Shown here piece by piece: positions 35,125-43,500 of a stretch of 64,000 bases of DNA; positions within the stretch are counted from its first letter, which is position 1, and the number at the start of each line of letters is the position of its first letter. Made by a program: the position numbers and the translations under genes. The stretch is from an uncultured Planctomycetota bacterium (GTDB lineage: Bacteria; Planctomycetota; Planctomycetia; Isosphaerales; Isosphaeraceae), in the NCBI GenBank assembly GCA_963823665.1, contig CAWGMQ010000006.1, positions 1,536,001 through 1,600,000 on the forward strand, given 5' to 3'. The notes beneath the pieces are model-generated. The model worked only from the letters and a program-made list of their open reading frames with translations. It made no database searches and had not been told where the DNA came from.

Positions 35125-36077
35125 ATCCGCGGTGGATTCGATGGTCAGGTCGACCGAGCCGGGGAGTTCCATATTCATGATTGAGAAGGTCATTTTGTCT
35201 CCCTTGATGCGGATGGATCCCCGCGAGCTGACGACGTGGCCTGCTTCACGGTCGAAGAGGATCGTTCCGCCGGAGGACTCGACCTTGACGTCGCTCTTGA
35301 TGAGCTTGAGGGCGCCTCGGCAGCGGGATCTTGCTTCAACTCGGCCTTGGTTGTCTTGCTGGTGATCTTGTCGAGCGTCTTGTCGCCCACTTTCTCGGTA
35401 CCGGCGTACTCGTACTTCTTCTCGAACGTGAGGGTTTGACCGCTACCGACGTCGAGGACCTCGGTGCGCTCCCACGACTCGCCGGGCCGGGCGAGGACGT
35501 CCGGCAGGTGGCGCAGCTCTTGCTCAAATGCCTTCTTCAGCACGTCGGGCTGGAGCCGGCTGCGGACCGCGCTTTTGGCTTGATCGCTGAGTTTGTCGGC
35601 TTTTTCCAGGAGCTTCTCCGAGCCTTCGATCGCCTTGACCTTGTACTCTTTGTCGAGCACGACCGTATAGCTGGCTTCCGCGCTCAGTTTGAACACCTCT
35701 GCGAGGAACTCCAGTTGGGGGTTGTCGACTTTGAAGTTCGGGTCGCTCGAGTCGTAGTTGACGGTAATGCCCATCGGCAGCGAAAGGTCGATCTTGAGCG
35801 AATCGATTTTCTGTTCGATGGGCAGGCTCGAATCGTCGCGTTTCTTGCCGACAGTGCTCGAAGCGATGACGGTTTGAGTGGACTTGGTCTCGATCTCCTG
35901 CCCGGCGATGGTGAGCACCTGCGACGTCGTGGACGTCGTCTTGTATTTGAGCGATCTCCCCTCGGGGAATTTGTGTTCGAGCTTGACCTGGGCCTGGGCT
36001 GCTTGTGCCCAGGTGAGCGCCAGGCACAGGAGGCCGACACCCGTTACTAGCCACTTGCCCTTTGGGCGAATTTTCAC
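35104..36077 (-). CDS. Secreted hypothetical protein (DUF6263-like; frameshift near 35310)
   Basis: Signal peptide ending AQA-Q; beta-rich body with PGESW; alternative frame continues GTILFDREAG to a stop at 35104. Confidence 0.6.
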
Positions 36078-36349
36078 GAAGCACCTCCAGAAGTCGAATG
36101 CAGGAATCTTGGTGACGCGAGCGCGCACGATGCGACTCGTGGCTCGAATTGCGGAATAAAGCGGTTGCGTAGGAATTTCAACAGGACAGGACGGCATCTC
36201 CCGACGATCTCTGCGGATATTCGCCGGAAGCTCCATCATATTACGCGTGTCGGACAAGCACGTGAAGAGACGCGGTCGCCGCGGTTGCCGCCGGGTTCCG
36301 GTGCAATGTGCTTGCCGAAGGGAGTACGTGCTTCGGACGAAAGGAAAAG

Positions 36350-36636
36350 AGGGGCTCGCGCAAAGTCGCAAAGTCGCAAAGTCGCAAAGGGGGGAAGGCA
36401 CAAATGAACGGAGAAGACGGGATCACGCAAAGTCGCAAAGGGGTCGAAGGCGCAAAGGAGCGACAATATCCGTGGGATCGGGTTCTGGTTGTTCGGGAGT
36501 TGAGCCGATGCCCGGGCAGGTCGAGGGGCTCGGGATCACGGAGGAACAGCGGCCGCGGACTGCCGAGGCCATCGCCGAGTGGCTTCTGTGGTTTGATTCG
36601 ATCGAGCCCATCGAGATGACGCCGGAGGAAGAAGCA
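36350..36636 (+). repeat. CGCAAAG-type tandem repeat plus antitoxin-like 3' fragment, copy 1
   Basis: (GTCGCAAA)n tract, then GITEEQRPRTAEAIAEWLLWFDSIEPIEMTPEEEA; diverged copy at 37710..38009. Confidence 0.65.
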
Positions 36637-36649
36637 GGTAGCCGAATCC

Positions 36650-36848
36650 TTACTTGGTCTCGGGGTGCTTTCTCGTGAGGAACAGGGCTAAACGCCCGTC
36701 AAGGAACGCGGGACTCACCCAAAAGTCGGTCTGTTTGACTTTTTCGAAGGCGTCACCCAGGTTCAGAAGACCCTGGTCGGCTGCTGCCTCCAAGATGCCA
36801 ATCGTGCCGATCACGTGTATGCCGCGGTCCTTGGCCGCCTTCCTGTCG
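36650..36848 (-). pseudogene. DUF3368 (PIN-associated) C-terminal remnant
   Basis: RKAAKDRGIHVIGTIGILEAAADQGLL...TDFWVS; begins right at the 21-bp repeat. Confidence 0.65.
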
Positions 36849-37022
36849 AACGGTGCCTGACACCTTTATCCGAAGAATGGACGCTGCAACGCACTGAGCG
36901 CACCCGTCACGACGGCGAGCGCCGCGATGGCGATCATGATCGTGCGGCTTCGGAGACGGATAAGCGGCATCGGCATGGGCAGCACGTCCTGGGAACCCGA
37001 GGCCGGCGTCCATCGACTTCGC

Positions 37023-37217
37023 TCATCCCGGGTGCGGATGATGATGATGCGGCTTATGTTCTGCGTGGTTCGACTTGTCTTTTTCAACAATCATGTTCAA
37101 AAAAACACCGTGCCCGCCGGCGATCGAGCGAAGCTCCTCCGCCGTCAAGTCCACCGTCTCTTGGGGGTCCTGCGTTTCCTGCGCCATTCGGCTTTTTTGA
37201 GCGGATTCATTGCCCAT
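37023..37217 (-). CDS. 64-aa peptide with double-glycine-type leader and His-rich tail
   Basis: GGAGG RBS; DLTAEELRSIAGG followed by HGVFLNMIVEKDKSNHAEHKPHHHHPHPG. Confidence 0.6.
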   Translation of the reverse strand: MGNESAQKSRMAQETQDPQETVDLTAEELRSIAGGHGVFLNMIVEKDKSNHAEHKPHHHHPHPG

Positions 37218-37496
37218 GGCTGGCCGCCTCCCGGTCAAGAGGAAAGGTACGAGCGAGCGCCGTGCTCCGTGGCACAATTCGAGCACACGGGTCAAGTTTA
37301 CCCCATGAACGGCCCTGACTCAACATCCGAAGCCATTTGCAGAAACTCGCCGACTTTCCTTTCGGCCGAAGCGACAGCAATAATACGCACCGAGGCCGCA
37401 TTTTCTGCGTTGGCCCGGCATACCCGAATCAATCGTCGTCGTCTTGCGCGCAAGGTGCACCAGGGATGCTCGACTCGAGGGGCAAGTGATGAAGAC

Positions 37497-37675
37497 TCAG
37501 CCCGCGAGACAGACACCACCGCGGGGATCACTGCCGGTCAGATTGAGCGTGAAGGTGCCGGTGGAGCTATTCACCGCGCTCGGGTTAGTGCCAGTCGTGG
37601 TGTCGACCGCGGTGACCGGCGGGGTCAGGTTGGGAAGATAGGTGCTGGCTTCGATCGTGGGTGTCTTGACTTCGC
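37497..37675 (-). pseudogene. Internal fragment of a large Ser/Thr-rich secreted protein
   Basis: EVKTPTIEASTYLPNLTPPVTAVDTTTGTNPSAVNSSTGTFTLNLTGSDP; no start codon or RBS. Confidence 0.45.
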
Positions 37676-37709
37676 GCCAAGGGACGAAATCGCATGGGCG
37701 GGGTGGTTG

Positions 37710-38009
37710 AAATGAAAGGGCAAAATGGGCTCACGCAAAGGCGCAAAGTCGCAAAGGGGGAAACGCAAATGAAAGGGCAAGATGGGCTCACGCGAAGTCG
37801 GAAAGGCGCAAAGGTGGGGAAGGTGCAAGGGAGCGAGAATGGCTGTGGATTAGGAGACTGCTTGTTCGTGAGTTGAGTCTGTTCGTGGCCAGGTCGAGGG
37901 GCTCGAGATCACAGCGGAACAGTGACCGCGGAGTTCCGAAGCCATCGCCGGGTGGCTTGAGTGGTTTGATTCGATTGAGCCCATCGAGATGTCGCCGGAG
38001 GAAGAAGCT
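37710..38009 (+). repeat. CGCAAAG-type repeat plus antitoxin-like fragment, copy 2 (contains an in-frame stop)
   Basis: Aligns with 36380..36636, e.g. WFDSIEPIEMSPEEEA. Confidence 0.65.
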
Positions 38010-38216
38010 ACTTGGCGATCCGCCAGAGATGCTCTCGCCATGTAGACCGGGTTGACGACGAGCTTCGGTGGCGAGAAGGGTTCCCGACACACCTTTATCG
38101 CCTGTGGCGAAATCGCGGATTTTGCACAGAAGCTAACGGAGGTAACGAAGAAAACGGGACAGGAGAGGGAACGGTGTTTGAACGCAGACGGTGCATGGCG
38201 GCTGATCTGAGGGAGA

Positions 38217-38705
38217 TCATCCCAGGGAAAGACCGGACTTCAGCTTGTGCCCCTTTGCGCGGGTGGCCAGAGTCAGGTCGAGGGCGGAGATTGTGCCGTC
38301 GCCGTTGACGTCGGCGCCAAGCGGCGCGAGGCCTGTCGGGTTTGAGAGATTGATTTCGGCGGCGATTTCGTTCAGGTCGTTGTTGTCTACCGCGCCGTCT
38401 CCCGAGACGTCGCCGAGCAGGCGGTAGAAGTGGTGGACGGCGGTCGCTCCGCTCGGGAGCTTGATATCGAGCTCGTAGTAGCCGTCGGCCGTCGTCGTGT
38501 TGGGGCTGCCGCTCAAGCCGTTTGCGCCGAAGTCGAGCTCGATCGCGTGGTCGATCAGTGGGACGTTGACGTTGGCGAGCGAGACGGGCGCTTTGCTCGA
38601 GGCGTCGTCGTTCAGGTCGTACTGGTAGAGCTGGATGTCAGGTGATGCGGTCTTGAGGGAGTTGACGATCTGGGTGAGCTCGCCGCCGGACTGGGTGTCT
38701 GACTC
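38217..38705 (-). pseudogene. Orphan C-terminus of a large secreted protein with dockerin type I domain
   Basis: DGYYEL...HFYRLLGDVSGDGAVDNNDL...ADVNGDGTISALDL; no 5' part. Confidence 0.7.
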
Positions 38706-38708
38706 GTT

Positions 38709-38860
38709 CTTAGTTCGTTCCGCCGGCGGCTGAGGATCACGTCGAAGTGGTTCAAGACGTCGCGTCCAAGGATGCTCAAGTCGGTCACGGTAGGGTCGAC
38801 GAACGCCGCGAACTCGCCGCGGACGTGGGCGGGACCGCCGTCTTCGCGGATCAGTTTGCA
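38709..38860 (-). pseudogene. C-terminal remnant of a retropepsin-like protease
   Basis: FAAFVDPTVTDLSILGRDVLNHFDVILSRR; the N-terminal catalytic part is missing. Confidence 0.55.
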
Positions 38861-39141
38861 TAAATCCGAGGCCCTTGTCCGGGGAAGACATACTGGCTCA
38901 AAGCGCCGTCGTCTTCGGGGTGGGCCGCCCGTGCCATGGCCCAGGCCTCTTCTGGAGTGGCGGCGATGAACGCTTCCTGACCGGCCACGGCGACGAACTT
39001 GCCTCGCGCCTCGGGCAACAGATCCGCCCAGTGCGATTGCAGCCAGTCGCTGTTGCGCCTGGCTCGCTCGTCCTGAGCCTTGCACCGCGCGACCTGAATG
39101 GGCTCGTTCACTTCTTCGATCTGAAAAACGGGCTCACTCAT
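38851..39141 (-). CDS. Small DUF5678-like protein
   Basis: NSDWLQSHW.DL....GKFVAVAGQEAFIA.TPEEA...ARAAHPED. Confidence 0.6.
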   Translation of the reverse strand: MSEPVFQIEEVNEPIQVARCKAQDERARRNSDWLQSHWADLLPEARGKFVAVAGQEAFIAATPEEAWAMARAAHPEDDGALSQYVFPGQGPRIYAN

Positions 39142-39501
39142 GGCTTGACTCCGCTTGCCAGCCTTCCGCATCCAAGACTCCGCGGCGTTCAGCCGTTGGC
39201 GTCTATCGTTCGTCTTCAATGACTCTGTATGCGAACGCGGCCGACCGGTAGCTCGGACAGACAGCGCGCGAAGTTGCGAGCAGGTAAATACTGCGCCTAG
39301 GTCGGCGCGGCGGCGAGAACGATTCCTGACACGTTTATCGGAGAAGGGCCGTGCTGGAGCGGGGGAGTCAGGCTAAAGCCTAACCTACAATTACAATCGG
39401 TTCCGTGGATCCACTAAGAACGGCTCCTGACACCTTTAGCTGGCTGACACCTTTAGCTGGCACCAGGCGTTCGGGATGCGGCGACCGAACGAACAAACAC
39501 G

Positions 39502-39736
39502 GCATGGAGAGCGGGCTGACGATGAGGTTCGGTGGCGAGAACGGTTCCTGCGGCGTTTATCCGGGGGCGGGATAGAAATCTTCAACCACGGATAGCACGG
39601 ACGGGCACGGATGGGAAGCAAGCTGAATAACGGTTCGTGACGCCTGATCGGTCGGTTTCTCGCAGCAGGCCGTGGTTGAAATGGTCGCGGATTGTTTTGG
39701 TCAAGCCCGCGAGGGCGTTCTGGTTGAGCAGGGCGT
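39502..39736. repeat. Diverged duplicate of the RHS gene 3' end and its downstream flank (40416..40650)
   Basis: Encodes ALLNQNALAGLTKTIRDHFNHGLLRETD versus ALLNQNALAGLTKTIRQHLNHGLLREPD*. The flanking CACGGACGGGCACGGATGGG block is shared. Confidence 0.8.
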
Positions 39737-39770
39737 GAAGACGCTTGCCAGCGCGTTTGTTCACCCGGTA

Positions 39771-39981
39771 TCAGGGTTCGCCCGCGGACTGCAGGATCTG
39801 TGCTCGTAACGAGGCAGAAATGAAAAAACCGAGTTCGCGCTCGAGTCGATCGATGCTTGGCGCGACGGCGGTGATCAACCCGCGCTGCTTGGCGCGAACG
39901 AGGGTGCCGAGAACGCCGATCGGCAGCAAGCCAAGCCGCTTGGCCATTGCGCGTCCTGCACGCTCGTGGATCGTGACAAGG
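39771..39981 (-). pseudogene. DUF3368 C-terminal remnant (PIN domain deleted)
   Basis: ERAGRAMAKRLGL.PIGVLGTLVRAKQRGLI....IDRL...GFFIS. Confidence 0.7.
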
Positions 39982-40227
39982 TCAGATCCCCAGCTTATCA
40001 AGTGCGGCGATGTCGTCGGCGAGATCGCTCTCGTCCGGACGATAAATTGCGATCTGGCGGTCGTTGAGCGCTTGCTCGAACGCGACTCGATTCATGCCAG
40101 CGAGCTTTGCCGCAGGCCAGAGAGCGAGCTTCCCGGCGGCGAACAGTCGACACGCGATTTCGACCAGAGCTTCATGTTCGGTCAATCCAGCGTCTCGCAA
40201 CGTTTCGTCGGAAATGACGACGGGCAT
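39982..40227 (-). CDS. UPF0175 family antitoxin-like protein
   Basis: EIACRLF..GKL.L..AAKLAGM.R..FE..L..R.I. Confidence 0.8.
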   Translation of the reverse strand: MPVVISDETLRDAGLTEHEALVEIACRLFAAGKLALWPAAKLAGMNRVAFEQALNDRQIAIYRPDESDLADDIAALDKLGI

Positions 40228-40562
40228 TGGGACCTCGGAGCTTTGTGGCAGATTGCGGATATCCTCCTTTGATGATATCGCGGCGAGCGCGCGTTCGACC
40301 AGACGGGTGGTGCGTTACGCCAGCGAATCGGTGCGTACGGCGTGATCTGTTCCTTGTGAGTTTGAGAGCACGACCGAATGTATGCTGTTGGCGAGCCGTC
40401 AGAGATGCTTTCAAGCCATGTAGGCCGGGCCGACGACGAGCTTCGGTGGCGAAAAGGGTTTCTGAGGCATTTTTCGGGGGGCATGACAGGAATCTTCAAC
40501 CATGGACAGCACGGACGGGCACGGATGGGGAGCAATCTGAACAATGGTTCGTGACGCGTTTA

Positions 40563-43500
40563 TCAGTCGGGTTCGCGCAGCAGGCCGTGGTTGAGGTGTT
40601 GGCGGATTGTTTTGGTCAGCCCGGCGAGGGCGTTTTGGTTGAGCAGGGCGTCGATCATTGTGGAGGCTGGGTTGTTGGCCTGGGTGCGGGCTCGGATGGA
40701 GGATGCCACTGCGTTCAGTTTGACACCGCTGCGGGAGAGGATGGCGACTGCGTTGCTCCCGGGTTGGCCGTTGTTGGCGCCGCTTATGGCGCGGCCGTAG
40801 GTGTCTTGCAAGGCGGAGAGGCCTGTGCCGTAGACCAGGAGCTGGACTGGCTTGGTGAGGGCGAAGGGCTTCTTGGGGGTGAGGGCTACGGTGTTGCTCG
40901 AGGCGGTGTAGACGGCCGAGCGGAGCTTGATGATGGCGGCGTTCTTGGTTGTGTAGGAGCCGTGCTTTCCGGGCGTTGCCAGGTGGTAGGTTGCGAGCTG
41001 GTTGGCCTGGGCGGCGTTGACCGGGCCGGTGAACTTGACGAGGACCTCGGTCACCTGGTGTTTCTTGTTCAGCATGTCGGAGACCTTGGCCAGCGTGACC
41101 AGCGGCGGGATGGTCGTTGTTGCCTGTGCGGCTTTCGGAGTCGTTTGGCGATCGCCGAGGTTGTCGGTCGCGACGCTGTAAAAAGCGTAGGTGTGGCCGT
41201 ACTGGCCGGTGAAGGTGGCGGAGGTTTGTGTGGTGTTTGAGAGGTACGGCGTGAACGGGGCGCCGTCTTCGGAGACGTAGATTGTGTATGAGGCGATGCG
41301 GGTGGCCCCCTGCCCTGGTGAGCCCTTCCAGCTTAGCGTGACGTTTGAGGTCCCGGTCGTGGCTGGTGGGGCGTTGACTGTGCTGGTGGGTAGGGCGGCG
41401 AGGTAGGTCGTGGCCTGGGCGGTGGTTGGTGTTGGCTGGACGTTGCCGACGTTGCTGGTGGCCACGCTGTAGAACCCGTAGGTGTGGCCGAACTGGCCGT
41501 TGAACGTTGCTGAGGTCTGCGTGGTGCCGGTGAGGAAGGGCGTGAAAGGTCCGCCGTCTTCAGAGACGAAGACGTTGTAGGTGGCGATTCCGGAGCCGGC
41601 GCCGTCGGAGCCGGACCAGGAGATTGGGAAGGTCGTTGTGGTCGTTGTCGCTGGGAGCGCGGTGACCGCGCTGGCGGGTGCGATTGCGTCGAACGTGTTG
41701 AGGACTTGTGGAGTGGCGAGCGGGGCATTGGTGTCGAAGACGACAACGGCCTGGGCGTTGATCTGGGTACCCGTTGTGACGCCGGCTTTGGGCCGAATCG
41801 TGTAGTTGACAGTCGCCTCGCCGCTCGGCGGGCTGGAATCGGGCGGAAGGAAGCCGGTGAAGATATCCGAGGGCAGGTCCCCCGTGGTCGGATCGACGGA
41901 GGTGAACGTCCAGGTGGCCACGCCGGTCGAGAAGTTGATCCCGGCTGTCACTTCGAGGTAAATCCCCAGCGTGCTGGTGAGGTCGAGCTGAGTGCTGTAC
42001 GAGCCGTCGTTGGGAGGCACGGCGTAGACCGTGCCGCCGATGCTGAAATCGCCCACCTGGAAGGTCGTCCAGTCGAGGCTCGGATCGAGCTGGTCGGTGA
42101 CGACGACCTGCTGCACCGGAATGTCGGCGGTCGGCTCGTTCGCAAACATAATGGTGTAGGGCAGGGTTTGGTCTGGCGTGATGAAGCCGCCTGTGCCGAA
42201 GCCTGCGGGACCGATCAGGTTGTTGGGGTCGCCATTCTTGAGGTGGGTGGAGTTTGAATACTTTACCGGTTTGAACGATTGCGCGAAACCCTTAAAGAAC
42301 CCAATCAATCCCGCAAGGAGCGCCACGGCGTTCCTGGGCGTCGGAGGAGACAAGGTCCTTCTCTGAGTATCTTCCAGAAACCGTTGACTTTTTCCCGCTG
42401 CCGGGGCAAGGACACCCCCCGTGGCGCCGATGTTGTTGTACTCCTCGAGATCCGGCCCCGGCGATGCATTTGGGTCTCCGGCCTCTTCTTGGGCGCTATG
42501 CAAAAGATTCCCGGCCTTGGTTAGAGCATTTCCCGCTTCCTCCCCGTGTTCTTCCGCCTCAACAGCCTGCCTCGCAGTGTTTGCCCAGTTCAACGTGTTC
42601 CAAAAAGTAGAGAGCCCGGGATTTGTGCTTGTGGATGCTGGCGCATCGGCTGGCTGGCTGGTGGGCTGAGGGCCGCCTGTATCGGAATTAGCGGGACTTG
42701 GCGCAACTCCAGCCCCGCCTTCGTCGCCCCACGATGGCCAATCGGCAGATTCGCCAAGTGGGTCGATTGTGTTAGTTGGAGTATTAAACGCGTACTGATA
42801 ATAATTGGCCTCGCCTCCCGCCAGGCCAATTGGATCGGGTTGCGTAAACCGACCGGTTGCACCGTCGTACCAGCGATTCCGCATGAAAAACTGCCCGCTG
42901 CCATCACTGGAGACACCGAATTGTCCGACGTAGGTAAACGGATTCGGCGTGCTCCCTGTCGCACTCAATTGCTCCCCGAAGGGCAGATAGCTATACGTGT
43001 TCAGCACAGCCCCATTCGCGCCGGTCAGCTCCGTCGTATTCCCTGTCAGATCGAAGTTGTAGTACGCCGCATTCCCCATCGCGTCGACCTGGCTCGTCAG
43101 CCCGATGCCCTGCGTATAATGGTCGATCAGGTTCCCGTTGGCGTCGAAGGTCCCTACGACGTTACCGATCCCCGTCGGGTCGATGAGGTACTGCGTCTCC
43201 TCGCCATTTTGCGTCTCCGCGATGAGGTTTCCGAGCGCGTCGTACTGGTAGGTCCAAGTTCCCTGCGGCGAGACAACGCTTACGGGCTGGCCCAGGTCGT
43301 TGTAGGAGTAGCTCGTGGTCCCCGAGCTGTCGGTCGACGAGGTGAGGTTCCCGTCCTTGTCGTAGGTGTACGTCGTCGATCCGACCTGCGTGTATTCATT
43401 CATGTCATTGGTCGTGTAGTTCGTCGTGACGCCATTGTCAGTCACGCCGACGCGGTTGCCGGCGGCATCGTACTGGTAGGTGATCGTCGAGCCGCCTGGA

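Larger units (their letters stand above)
34330..40563 (+). repeat. Nine co-oriented degenerate copies of AACGGTTCCTGACACCTTTAT
   Basis: Copies start near 34330, 36849, 38076, 39318, 39419, 39540, 39629, 40454 and 40543. Confidence 0.8.

Noticed and set aside
34330..40563. Integron cassette array
   Set aside because: There is no intI, and the repeat lacks the RYYYAAC...GTTRRRY attC structure.
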